A DNA stretch of 64,000 nt. Origin: Eledone cirrhosa (Eukaryota). How positions within the stretch are numbered: the first letter of the stretch is position 1; every line of letters starts with the position of its first letter. The stretch is taken from contig OZ024764.1 of NCBI GenBank assembly GCA_964016885.1, forward strand, positions 25,730,001 through 25,794,000. The letters run 5' to 3'. The notes beneath the pieces were generated by a model, which saw only the letters and a list, made by a program, of their open reading frames with translations, searched no databases and was not told the DNA's origin. Both the position numbers and the translations under genes were made by a program. Below, piece after piece: positions 1-11,414 of this stretch.

Positions 1-2410
1 CGACGGTCTGCCGCGCCTCTCGGACGCGGAGGCGAAGTCCTGCGAAAGGACGATTTCAGCTGCTGAGATAGGGGCGGCGCTGAGCCAATGCGGCAAACGC
101 AAATCCCCGGGTCTCGATGGTCTACCATACGAGCTATATGTAGCGATGCCGGACTTGTTCTCCGATATCCTCGAAGCGGTCTACTGCAACTGGCAGCAGA
201 ACGGGAGAATTCCCAGTTCTGTGACCAAGGGCGTAGTTACGCTGGTGAGGAAGGATGAGAACAAGGGGGATGACATAAGTAACTTCAGGCCCATAACTCT
301 GCTAAATACAGAGTTAAAGATTTTGGCCAAGGTGTTAGCGAAGAGGTTGGCGCTTGTCGTTGGAAACCTGGTGGGAGAAGCGCAGACATGCGCAATCCCG
401 TCCAGGTCCATTCACGACAATCTCCACCTTATGCGATACATCATAGAGAGGGTAGGGAATGAACCCGGCTTTGGTGGGGCCCTGATCAACTTGGATCAAT
501 CTAAAGCTTTCGATAGGGTTGACCATCGTTACCTGGATGCGGTGCTCGCGGCGGCAGGCTTCGGACCCGTTTTCAGGGGTTGGATTGCTGCGATGCACAG
601 CAGCAACGTCTGCTCAAGGGTCAAGGTGAACGGCCACCTCTCGGAGCCGTTCCAAATCATGCGATCCATCCGACAGGGATGCCCTCTCTCCTCCCTACTG
701 TATGTGCTGGCTCTTGAGCCACTACTGCGGAAGTTGGAGCGGTTGCAGGGCATCCCTTTGGAACCGGGATTGCAGAAAGCGGCGTCGGCCTACGCCGATG
801 ACGTGACAGTAATGGTGTCGAAAACCTCGCAAATCGGTGAGATCGGCACCTTACTGGAGGAATATGAAAGGTTTACAGGAGCCAAGCTGAACCGGGACAA
901 GTCCGTCGGTTTGCAACTCGGAACATGGAGAGGCAAACCGATGCCCTCCAACGACGTCGTCGGACGCTGGACGGAGGGCCCGGTGAAGCTGCTTGGGGTC
1001 TGGTTCGGACCAGACCTCCAGGTGGAGAAAAACTGGAACGAGGTAACGGCCAGGGTGTTTGCACTCACCCAGAAGTGGGCCCAGTGCAAACTATCCCTGA
1101 AAGGTCGAGCGGAGGTGGCGAATACTTATATAGCATCCGTCATCTACTACCGCTTGACCGTCGTGCCTTGCCCAGTGAAAAGACTCGCCAAAATGGAGTG
1201 CGCGCTGTTCCAATTTCTTTGGAACAAGCGGACCCCTTTGGTGAGGAGATCCATCTGCTGTCAACACCCTTCGAAAGGAGGGCTGGGGATGCCGTGGCTA
1301 CAGATGCGTAAACACGCATTAAGGCTACGGCACCTCCAGGTATTCCTCACCGGTCAACCGGTGTGGGCCCCGTTTGTGAGGCGAGCCTTTCCCAGACTCG
1401 TCTCGCTCACCGAGCTGCAATCGTGGGTCAAGCAAAGACCGAGAAAAGTGGGCGACTGGCACATTGAATGTGCCCAGGCGCTCACGGCCCTCTGGAAAGC
1501 GGACCCGGCAATCAGTGGAGACTCCACCTCGACATTCTATAGAGGGTTGGTACGCAGCAGGTGCGACGATGCTCTCGGAGAAGCTCTAGGCATGGAGGAA
1601 GATGAACTGGCCAGTCTGTTCGGTAGGACGTTTGGCCCTGGACCGATGGACAACTTCCAAAAGTCCCTGGCTTGGCAGTGCTACCGAGGGGCTCTACCCG
1701 TTCGAGACAAGCTCCACGGGCATGGGAGCCTGGGTAGAGATCCTTTGAATAAGATCTGTCCGAGATGCGTGCATGATGACGAAACCGTTGCGCACGCATT
1801 CGTACACTGCCCAGGCATTGCTGACCTGTGGGGCTATGTGGAACGACTACTGTCGAGGGTGGGACCAATCCGGTTGACCACCGAGTCCATTGTCACGATC
1901 AAACCGCCTCCCCCTTTCAAAAACGAAGGAGAGGCGGTTTTTCTCTGTGTGGTAGCCATGGCTAAAGAAGTTGTATGGTGGACGAGGCTGAAAGGGCTGA
2001 GGTCAGACACCTTTCTCTCCGGCCAACAACTGGTCCCCTTTTTCAAATACCATTTTAAAAGAAGGATCAGAATGGAGAGAGAGGTGCTCTACCCCAGCAA
2101 GTTTTATGAAAGGTGGGTGAAAGTAGGGAGAATGGCCAGAGTGAATGGGTCTTCTCTCTATATCAGCCTGTAGGTGAAAGAAGAGGAAAAAGAAGAGACG
2201 AGGGAAGCACCTACTCTTTGTGCTCCTGAGGAGAAGGGTTACACATTTTTTCCGGGGTGTGTGCGACCCATGTTAATTCCCCCTCCCTATTGAGGACTTC
2301 GTTTGTTGTTGTTATTTCATTGTTATATTTTTGTACTCGTTAATTATATGTAAACTTCCCCCCTTGTATCTGTCCCTACCTTTTGTGCCCTAGTGGCAAA
2401 TAAAGAAACC
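1..2410 (+). mobile_element. Tx1/L1-clade non-LTR retrotransposon, copy 1 (3' part; 5' end outside the window)
   Basis: Open frame to TAG at 2173 with RT motifs (NFRPITLLN, LDQSKAFDRV, RQGCPLS, YADD) and a C-terminal CCHC finger (CPRC..ETVAHAFVHC). 3' UTR has AATAAA near 2399, then joins the 72-bp satellite. Confidence 0.93.
146..2173 (+). CDS. LINE ORF2 reverse transcriptase plus C-terminal zinc finger (partial; frame is open upstream of 146)
   Basis: 675-aa ORF in the supplied track with canonical non-LTR RT motifs. Confidence 0.92.
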   Translation: MPDLFSDILEAVYCNWQQNGRIPSSVTKGVVTLVRKDENKGDDISNFRPITLLNTELKILAKVLAKRLALVVGNLVGEAQTCAIPSRSIHDNLHLMRYIIERVGNEPGFGGALINLDQSKAFDRVDHRYLDAVLAAAGFGPVFRGWIAAMHSSNVCSRVKVNGHLSEPFQIMRSIRQGCPLSSLLYVLALEPLLRKLERLQGIPLEPGLQKAASAYADDVTVMVSKTSQIGEIGTLLEEYERFTGAKLNRDKSVGLQLGTWRGKPMPSNDVVGRWTEGPVKLLGVWFGPDLQVEKNWNEVTARVFALTQKWAQCKLSLKGRAEVANTYIASVIYYRLTVVPCPVKRLAKMECALFQFLWNKRTPLVRRSICCQHPSKGGLGMPWLQMRKHALRLRHLQVFLTGQPVWAPFVRRAFPRLVSLTELQSWVKQRPRKVGDWHIECAQALTALWKADPAISGDSTSTFYRGLVRSRCDDALGEALGMEEDELASLFGRTFGPGPMDNFQKSLAWQCYRGALPVRDKLHGHGSLGRDPLNKICPRCVHDDETVAHAFVHCPGIADLWGYVERLLSRVGPIRLTTESIVTIKPPPPFKNEGEAVFLCVVAMAKEVVWWTRLKGLRSDTFLSGQQLVPFFKYHFKRRIRMEREVLYPSKFYERWVKVGRMARVNGSSLYISL

Positions 2411-2691
2411 ACTCTATATATACTATTGTATTTTCACAGTAAAGGCTTTACCTCACCTAATACCTCACATAACATTTACATTACTCTATATATACTATTG
2501 TATTTTCACAGTAAAGGCTTTACCTCACATAATATCTCACATAACATTTACATTACTCTATATATACTATTGTATTTTCACAGTAAAGGCTTTACCTCAC
2601 GTAATACCTCACATAACATTTACATTACTCTATATATACTATTGTATTTTCACAATAAAGGCTTTACCTCACATAATATCTCACATAACAT
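2411..2691. repeat. 72-bp minisatellite, about 4 copies
   Basis: Unit ACTCTATATATACTATTGTATTTTCACAGTAAAGGCTTTACCTCAC(C/A/G)TAATA(C/T)CTCACATAACATTTACATT starts at 2411, 2483, 2555 and 2627. Confidence 0.95.
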
Positions 2692-2900
2692 CTCGTATAC
2701 GAGAGACGTGTGTTGACGTGTGTGAACAAGCTCGGCTACCGAGTCGGATTTACTTACTCAAAAGTGAGTTTTGATTAATTTTTTATACTGTAATATACGT
2801 TAACCCCCTGCCTTGGTCGTCAAACTTTGAGTTTATTTATTTTCGCCCCTTTTTGGGGCGAATTTTCCAGTTAAAAACTTATTGCGGCAAACTAATAGAA

Positions 2901-4634
2901 ATGGACGGAATTTTCACATCTCATCCTAACGTGAAAGCCACGCCCCCTAAGAAAGGTGATACAGAGAAGCTAGAAGCACAAGGCTCTAAGTCTTCCCTCC
3001 TGACTTCTGCAAAAGAAACATGGAACACGGAATTAAAATAAAAATTTGTAAAAATGGGTGAAAACCCAGAAAGTCACATAAACGCAGACAAAAACAACAA
3101 CGACAATAACAGCAATAGTCACAACACCAACCAAGGAAAAAATAACGATAACACCAAACAAAGCGAACCCACTACTGGTGCCTCCTTTGCACAGGCGGTC
3201 CGGAAAACACAAACCTGCAAGCAACTGGACATTACAACTCTGAGAGAAAAGATGAAGGAAGCGAAACAGTATGTAACTTTCAAAGAAGGAGGAGACTTCA
3301 CAATCACCTCCCCACAAGAAATCAAAAGAGACACGACGCTAAGAACGATATCTTTCAGAACAATTTCCAACATAACAAGGAAACCAACTCAATTATCCCA
3401 AAAAGAGATTGAGCTGGTCCTAAAACGTGTGTGGGGTGATATATCGTTCATACAAAAAGGGCCACTCTATGGGAATATAACGGTCCTAATGAAGGATCAA
3501 TTGACGGCCAGGAAATACTCTGTGGCGCCAATTGTTTCCAAGCTACATACATTTTTCCCCACATATTTAGGGAAAAGAACGCAGAAAATAAGGGTCTCCG
3601 GAATCCGTTCAAATGCATGCATTTCCTGGGTACTAACAGGATTTTTAGAACACGAGGACGGAATCCTCTCAGTAGGAGAAGTCACCACAGACGTTTTCGG
3701 CGGTTTGAGCGTGGAGGTTCTGGTCCAAATGAGACCAGAACGAATAGCTAGAATACCACAGAGGGTGTCCCTCGATGGAGAAACATTTATATACATTTCA
3801 GCCGAGGGTAGGAGGCCCATATGTTACTACTGTTCAAGCAGGGGTCATCTAAGGGCTGCTTGTCCTCAATTGACAAAAAAAAAGGCTCTTTTGCCTACAC
3901 CCCACACACCACCACCACCACCACCACCACCACCACGGAAAAATAACACAAGACACGGCCCCACCCAAAACAACTCCCAAAACACACTCAAACACAACAA
4001 AACCCAAAAATACACCACTACCCGACAGCACGGACGAGGACCCAGCTGAAACGGCACCTAGTGACGAAGAGGGGGGAGAGCCTTCCAACCTGTAAAAAGA
4101 AAAAAAAGAAAGCACCATTCGAACATAAACGAAACAAACACACAACCACCAACAAAAACAAAACAAACAGAACAAACAAAATCCGCCCCACCCCAAAACA
4201 TAACACATACAACAAAACGTAAGCACACACAAGAACAACAAACAAACACAACACAAATAAAACAGTATACATACATTAACACAAATAACAAAGAACTAGT
4301 AAAAACAATACACAAAGACCCTTCGGTGGAAACTGAAGGGCAATTCTTTGCAAGCGCGGCCAACAAACCGCATTTAAAAATGATAAGACTCCCAATGGAC
4401 ACCTATGCACAACTAAGAGAGAACTTTCCTGAGGACGTGGGGAAAACATGTACTCGACCCTATAACCGCGTCCTCTTGAAACGTTTCCCCACCCACACCT
4501 CACCAAACACCCCCACTCCACCACAGAACAACACCCCCACCAAACAACCCCTCCAATACGCCCATGGATATTGTGCAACCTGCTCCACAGGAGCCGAACA
4601 GGTAGGTCCTTCCTCTTTTAACCAACATGGCTGA
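2901..4634 (+). pseudogene. Tx1 ORF1 (CCHC zinc knuckle), disrupted
   Basis: ATG at 2901, in-frame TAA at 3039-3041 and probable frameshifts in low-complexity tracts near 3935 and 4075. Terminal TGA at 4632-4634 overlaps the ORF2 ATG at 4627. Confidence 0.75.
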
Positions 4635-7489
4635 TATAAGAGTTGGGTGTCTGAATGTACGTGGCCTGGGACTGTCTTGGAAACAAGGCAAACTTTTAAA
4701 CGATCTCAGGTCGCATAGAATGGATGTAATGGCTATTTGCGAGTCCAGGATCAGCAGCGAGCACCAACTGGCGCCCCTCTTCGACGACTTTGAGATCTTC
4801 GCATCTCTCTGTCAACCGGGGGGTGGGGGTGGAGTTGTCGTTCTGCTGTGAAAACACCTGGGCCTCGCCATACAGAAGGTGCACCTGGACCCGGAGGATC
4901 GACTGGTGGTTTTAGACGTCGGCAGTAGTGAAAGTGGAGCCCTTAGACTAATAGCTGTGTACGCCCCTTTTTGGGCAGCACGGCCGGAATACTTCCAACG
5001 TCTGGAAACTTTTCTGGGAACGTCCCGCTCCTTGCTTTTAGTGGGGGACTGGAATGGTATCCTGGATGCACGTTGGGACTATGTAGGGGCATGTGCCAAT
5101 AGAGGGGGGTGTAAAAGCCTCAAAAGGTTAATCGACCGATTTGACCTGGCCGATAGATATCGACTAGATTTTCCGACTGTACCACTATGGACGTGGACCA
5201 ATCGCAGCGGAACGTCTAGATCGTACCTAGATAGGGTCCTAGTTAGAGAGAAGGATAGGGACACATTTAGCTGTCCAAAAATGTTCATGGTTGACTATTC
5301 CGATCACAAGTTAGTGACCTGCATAGCCAACCTTGATAGAACCCATAGACAGGGACCCGGTTACTGGAAGCTGAACTTGTCCTTACCGAGAAGCAAAGCT
5401 TACAGTAAACGGATTAGCACGTTAGTTAAGCAGAGTTTGACAGGGGCAATTGTCAACAACAGGTGGTGGAGCTCTCTTAAGAGAGCAATTAGAATAGAAT
5501 CGATAGGTTTTAGTCAGGAATTAGCAAGGGATAGGAACAAGACGGAAAGGGAATTAGTAGATAGAGTAGAAGAGGCGATTAGGAGTGACAATGTAGCCGG
5601 CGTGCTGGCATCAAGAATGGCCTTAGACCAGTTCTTTGAGGTGAAGCATGAAGGCTGCGTTGTCAGAAATAAAATACGTGCTCTGGGTAATGAGGGAGCC
5701 AAAGCTGTGAGCTGGGCCAGAGTGACAGAGGCAAAAAGTGGGAACAAGTCCACGATTCGCTCTTTGAAGGACCAGGATTGGCGTGTGATCCTTGAACCTG
5801 GGCAGATGTGTGCGGCCTTTCAGCGGCACTTTGCACGACTGTTCTAGAGGGGCGGCGCGCCGTGTGAGACTATGGATTTCGATCCATACCTTGACGGTCT
5901 GCCTCGCCTCTCGGACGCAGAGGCGAAGTCCTGCGAAAGGACGATTTCAGCTGCTGAGATAGGGGTGGCGCTGACCCAATGCGGCAAACGCAAATCCCCG
6001 GGTCTCGATGGTCTACCATACGAGCTATATGTAGTGATGCCGGACTTGTTCTCCGATATCCTCGAAGCGGTCTACTGCAAATGGCAGCAGAACGGGAGAA
6101 TTCCCAGTTCTGTGACCAAGGGCGTAGTTACGCTGGTGAGAAAGGATGAGAACAAGGGGGATGACATAAGTAACTTCAGGCCCATAACTCTGCTAAATAC
6201 AGAGTTAAAGATTTTGGCCAAGGTGTTAGCGAAGAGGTTGGCGCTTGTCGTCGGAAACCTGGTGGGAGAAGCGCAGACATGCGCAATCCCGTCCAGGTCC
6301 ATTCACGACAATCTCCACCTTATGCGATACACCATAGAGAGGGTAAGGAATGAACCCGGCTTTGGTGGGGCCCTGATCAACTTGGATCAATCTAAAGCTT
6401 TCGATAAGGTTGACCATCGTTACCTGGATGCGGTGCTCGCGGCGGCAGGCTTCGGACCCGTTTTCAGGGGTTGGATTGCTGCGATGCACAGCAGCAACGT
6501 CTGCTCAAGGGTCAAGGTGAACGGCCACCTCTCGGAGCCGTTCCAAATCATGCGATCCATCCGACAGGGATGCCCTCTCTCCTCCCGTCTGTATGTGTTG
6601 GCTCTTGAGCCACTACTGCGGAAGTTGGAGTGGTTGCAGGGCATCCCTTTGGAACCGGGATTGCAGAAAGCGGCGTCGGCCTACGCCGATGACGTGACAG
6701 TAATGGTGTCGAAAACCTCGCAAATCGGTGAGATCGGCACCTTACTGGAGGAATATGAAAGGTTTACAGGAGCCAAGCTGAACCGGGACAAGTCCGTCGG
6801 TTTGCAACTCGGAACATGGAGAGGCAAACCGATGCCCTCCAATGACGTCGTCGGACGCTGGACGGAGGGACCGGTGAAGCTGCTTGGGGTCTGGTTCGGA
6901 CCAGACCTCCAGGTGGAGAAAAACTGGAACGAGGTAACGGCCAGGGTGTTTGCACTCACCCAGAGGTGGGCCCAGTGCAAACTATCCCTGAAAGGTCGAG
7001 CGGAGGTGGCGAATACTTATATAGCATCCGTCATCTACTACCGCTTGACCGTCGTGCCTTGCCCAGTGAAAAGACTCGCCAAAATGGAGTGCGCGCTGTT
7101 CCAATTTCTTTGGAACAAGCGGACCCCTTTGGTGAGGAGATCCATCTGCTGTCAACACCCTTCGAAAGGAGGGCTGGGGATTCCGTGGCTACAAATGCGT
7201 AAACACGCATTAAGGCTACGGCACCTCCAGGTATTCCTCACCGGTCAACCGGTGTGGGCCCCGTTTGTCTGGCGAGCCTTTCCCAGACTCGTCTCGCTCA
7301 CCGAGCTGCAATCCTGGGTCAGGCAAAGACCAAGAATTGTGGGCAACTGGCACATTGAATATGCCCAGGCGCTCACGGCCCTCTGGAAAGCGGACCCGGC
7401 AATCAGTGGAGACTCCACCTCGACATTCTATAGAGGGTTGGTACGCAGCAGGTGCGACGATGCTCTCGGAGAAGCTCTAGGCATGGAGG
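4627..7489 (+). pseudogene. Tx1 ORF2 (APE endonuclease plus RT) with two in-frame stops
   Basis: ORFs starting at 4627, 4879 and 5872 share one frame, broken by TGA 4849-4851 and TAG 5845-5847. Motifs LNVRGL, VGDWN, SYLDRV, SDH and YADD. Confidence 0.92.
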
Positions 7490-7583
7490 CTTTACCTCAT
7501 ATAATATCTCACATAACATTTACATTACTCTATATATACTATTGTATTTTCACAGTAAAGGCTTTACCTCACATAATATCTCA
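7487..7583. repeat. 72-bp minisatellite resumes (about 1.3 copies)
   Basis: Same unit as 2411-2691. Confidence 0.9.
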
Positions 7584-7814
7584 TGAATAACAGTGTTAAA
7601 ATAGAACGGAGTGGTTTCAGACATGCCCCCGAGACACGATACAACAATAATATCATCTTCTTCTTCCATCCATCCCGTACTACATACACCACATCCCTCT
7701 CCATCTACCCCCACCCCCTCTATCAACCCCTTTCCTCACTCCTCCAAACACTCTTTTTCCCACCTCGTTCTCCAGAGCTAATGTCATTTCAGTTTGATAG
7801 AGGTACGCAAACAC

Positions 7815-8480
7815 ACAGCTATAGAACTCACCTTTAACGTAGGTACCTCCCAAACAGCTATAGAACTCACCTTTAATGTAGGTACCTGCCAAACAGCTAT
7901 AGAACTCCCCTTTAACGTAGGTACCTCCCAAACAGCTATAGAACTCACCTTTAACGTAGGTACCTGCCAAACAGCTATAGAACTCACCTTTAACGTAGGT
8001 ACCTGCCAAACTGCTATAGAACTCACCTTTAACGTAGGTACCTGCCAAACAGCTATAGAACTCACCTTTAACGTAGGTACCTCCCAAACAGCTATAGAAC
8101 TCACCTTTAACGTAGGTACCTGCCAAACAGCTATAGAACTCACCTTTAACGTAGGTACCTGCCAAACAGCTATAGAACTCACCTTTAACGTAGGTACCTC
8201 CCAAACAGCTATAGAACTCACCTTTATCGTAGGTACCTGCCAAACAGCTATAGAACTCACCTTTAACGTAGGTACCTGCCAAACAGCTATAGAACTCCCC
8301 TTTAACGTAGGTACCTCCCAAACAGCTATAGAACTCACCTTTAACGTAGGTACCTGCCAAATAGCTATAGAACTCACCTTTAACGTAGGTACCTGCCAAA
8401 CAGCTATAGAACTCACCTTTATCGTAGGTACCTGCCAAACAGCTATAGAACTCACCTTTAACGTAGGTACCTGCCAAACA
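7815..8480 (-). repeat. 39-bp minisatellite, 17 copies, each made of an exon end plus a 5' splice site
   Basis: Minus-strand unit TGTTTGGCAGGTACCTACGTTAAAG|GTGAGTTCTATAGC, open in the exon's frame (CLAGTYVKGEFYS). Confidence 0.95.
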
Positions 8481-8584
8481 ACCATCCATTCTGTAGTCAT
8501 CACGACTTTTTGGAATACAAATAGGATTTATACATCCAGATAGAGGCAGCTTTTTCTCCAGTTTTGATAGACGAAAGCGCGTTC
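8456..8584 (-). CDS. Exon 5 of a secreted trypsin-like (S1) pseudo-protease gene
   Basis: Acceptor ttttcag|GA, donor AAAG|GTGAGT, 129 nt, phase 1/1. Encodes GTRFRLSKLEKKLPLSGCINPICIPKSRDDYRMDGCLAGTYVK, matching the S1 DIALLKL...PICLP region. Confidence 0.8.
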
Positions 8585-8595
8585 CTGAAAAGTAT

Positions 8596-8630
8596 GATTT
8601 GAAAAGAGGTATTTAAATACTTGACAGTAG

Positions 8631-8692
<62 letters not shown>

Positions 8693-8733
8693 ACACACAC
8701 CTACTGTCAAGTATTTAAATACCTCTTTTCAAA

Positions 8734-8735
<2 letters not shown>
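8596..8735. repeat. Perfect inverted repeat around a (TA)n core
   Basis: GATTTGAAAAGAGGTATTTAAATACTTGACAGTAGGTGTGTGT ... ACACACACCTACTGTCAAGTATTTAAATACCTCTTTTCAAATC. Confidence 0.95.
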
Positions 8736-8777
<42 letters not shown>

Positions 8778-8811
8778 TACACACAGGTGTGTATATATAT
8801 ATTTTTTTCAT

Positions 8812-9135
8812 TCATTTCACGTCCGCTTTTCCCTGCTTGCAAGGGTGGGACGGGAACTGATTCTGGCTTGATTTCTACAGCTGGATGCCCTTCCTAACAC
8901 CAACCTCATCTACAGTGAGTGGTGGGTCCTTTTTTGCCGTGGCACCTCCACGACCACTTTGCAGTGGAATGATATGGACCCCAGTCCCTATCATCTCATT
9001 TCTACAGCTGAGTAAACTGGAGCAATGTGAAATAAAGTGTCTTGCTCAAGGAAACAACACATCACCCGGTCTGAGAATTGAACTCACAACCTTTCCATTG
9101 CAAGATGAATGCTCTAACCACTACGCCATATGCCT

Positions 9136-9137
<2 letters not shown>
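8812..9137 (-). mobile_element. RTE 3'-UTR fragment plus tRNA-derived SINE
   Basis: CTACAGCTGGATGCCCTTCC motif is shared with many RTE tails. The SINE head has A/B boxes and CTTGAGCAAGACACTT, also seen near 36840-36983. Confidence 0.65.
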
Positions 9138-9220
<83 letters not shown>

Positions 9221-9418
9221 CACACACACAGGTGTGTATATATATGTATATATATATTCAGGTGTGAGGTTCACCACTGGATAGAGATGGTCAATTCTGT
9301 AGCCACGTCACTCGAGGGCGACTGGCTGAGGTTGACGGAGCAGGATAGCGGTCGCCCTCGGGTCCTTGATTTTCAGCCCCATGGATTTTATCTATTACAT
9401 TCACGTATTATATTTCGA

Positions 9419-9476
9419 ATACCTGATGATGTCACCGGATTCATACGGAACCCGGTCATTGAAATGATCATAGTAT
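9419..9476 (+). ncRNA. Type I hammerhead ribozyme motif (minimal, palindromic stem III)
   Basis: ATAC-CTGATGA-[stem II ACCGG/CCGGT]-GAAA-TGATCA-TA^GTAT. A second family copy lies at 19202-19259. Confidence 0.75.
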
Positions 9477-9533
9477 AATAAACCTTTCAAGGATTTACAC
9501 AAGTCCAGCCTCCTGTCATTTCATTATAATATG

Positions 9534-9619
<86 letters not shown>

Positions 9620-9934
9620 ATTTCTTTAAGTCGTTTGGAAGCCTCGACAATGCAAATGGGTAAATCTCCGGGTAACAAGATCCGGTGGTAGAGAGAGAGA
9701 TGTAAGTGGGTGTACGTGGAGATGCGTGGCATTTATAAGACGTGTAGAGCAATGAAGGAGCATAGAGGATATATGGATATATATATATATATATATACAC
9801 ACAGGTGTGTGTATATATATATATATATATATACATACACACAGGTGTGTATGTATATATATATATATATACACCTACCATATTTATATATATGTTTTTC
9901 TATTTGTGACATAAAATACTATGAAATCATGTGC

Positions 9935-10420
9935 TGTATAAGTAGATGAGGCGGAGGAGCAGTTGAGGGTGAGGACCAACTCCCCGAGGCGGTGGAGGGG
10001 AGGGACAGAGGTCAAGGTAGTGTTGGAGGGTGGATAGGCCGTCTGCCGGTTTGATGACGATGTCACCGCGGTTACAGAGGGAGCGGAGAGCGAGAAGTCA
10101 GCCCGAGAGATGTTACTCTGGAGCGGTGGCGGAAGTCTAATTGGTCTACTGCACTACGGTAGGCATCAACGAAGGGGTCCTGGGTGCGGAACTGTCCCAG
10201 TACCAGTGGGATGGTCTTCGGCCCAGGGTGAGGAGGCGGTTGTGAAAGTGTGCCTGTAGCTTGGTGCGTCGCGTGAACCGCTCGAGTGTGGTACTCGTTG
10301 CTGTACGGGGTGTTGGGTATGAAGCGCAGACCAGGGAGGTAGCGCTCGAGTCCGAAGGGGGGTGGGGGTAGAATAGGGGGGTGTAGGTAGTGTGGTAGTG
10401 GGGGCATCAGGGGTTAAGTG
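9935..10420 (-). mobile_element. Degenerate Penelope-like RT fragment
   Basis: Peptides RVTSLGLTS and LHRLGELVLTLNC resemble the PLE RT motifs DVxSLYTSI and LRLAELVLTLN. Heavily frameshifted. Confidence 0.45.
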
Positions 10421-10564
10421 GGATGGAGGGGTCTGAGAGGTGGGTAGGGGAATGAGTGAATTGATATATACATACGTACACACTATATATATATATATAC
10501 ATTATATATACAATATATAAATATACACTTTCTACATTTTATATGCATTGCATATACACACTGA

Positions 10565-11086
10565 CCACCATCAATACCACCACCGTCACACCACCACATT
10601 ACACCACCAGAACCATCAACACCACCATCAAAACCACCACCACCACCACCACCATCAACACCACCACCACCACCTCCATCAACACCACCACCATCATCAA
10701 CACCACCACCACCACCACCATCAACACCACCATCAACACCATCAACACCACCACCATCAACACCACCATCAACACCATCAACACCACCACCATCAACACC
10801 ATCATCAACACCATCAACACCACCACCATCAACACCACCATCAACACCACCTCCATCAACACCACCACCACCATCAACACCACCATCAACACCACCACCA
10901 TCAACACCACCATCAACACCACCACCATCAACACCACCACCACCACCACCATCAACACCACCATCAACACCACCACCATCAACACCACCATCAACACCAC
11001 CACCATCAACACCACCACCACCATCAACACCACCATCAACACCACCACCATCAACACCACCATCAACACCATCAACACCACCACTA
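10565..11086. repeat. (CAC/CAT/CAA)n compound trinucleotide repeat, intronic
   Basis: Read directly. It begins about 10 nt downstream of the exon 4 donor on the minus strand. Confidence 0.95.
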
Positions 11087-11096
11087 CTAAACATAC

Positions 11097-11203
11097 CTTC
11101 TATTTCAACCTGAGTTGGATTCTCCTTAGCTGCCAATTCTTTCGCCTTCTCTATGGTAGTGTTGTATTTCTCTCCAAAATGGTAGCTGAATGGGTATTCT
11201 GGG
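11097..11203 (-). CDS. Exon 4 of the S1 pseudo-protease gene
   Basis: Acceptor tattacag|C, donor GAAG|GTATGT, 107 nt, phase 2/1. Encodes PEYPFSYHFGEKYNTTIEKAKELAAKENPTQVEIE. Phases fit both neighbouring exons. Confidence 0.78.
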
Positions 11204-11414
11204 CTGTAATACATAAAACACTCATCATTATCATCGTTTAACATACATCTTCCACGCTAGCATGGGTAGGATGGGCTGTCCCTTTGTGAGGGATCAGACT
11301 GGGGGACCGTGATTCGCTCACACACAACTGATTCTGGCTTGGTTTCTACAGCTGGATGCCCTTCCTAACACCAACCACTTTACAGTGTGGACTGGGTGCT
11401 TTTTCTGACACCTA

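Larger units (their letters stand above)
2692..7489 (+). mobile_element. Tx1/L1-clade LINE, copy 2 (5' UTR, ORF1, ORF2; 3' end deleted; inactivated)
   Basis: ORF1 has a gag-like knuckle CYYCSSRGHLRAAC. ORF2 runs APE then RT. 5893-7489 is near-identical to 2-1598. Confidence 0.92.

Noticed and set aside
146-7590. RT genes next to repeats as a retron or DGR-type system
   Set aside because: The RTs have APE domains, ORF1 knuckles and non-LTR motifs. There is no TR/VR pair with A-specific variation.
10543-11241. Plus-strand poly-His/Gln and poly-Thr ORFs
   Set aside because: Alternative frames of an intronic trinucleotide repeat, antisense to the supported gene.
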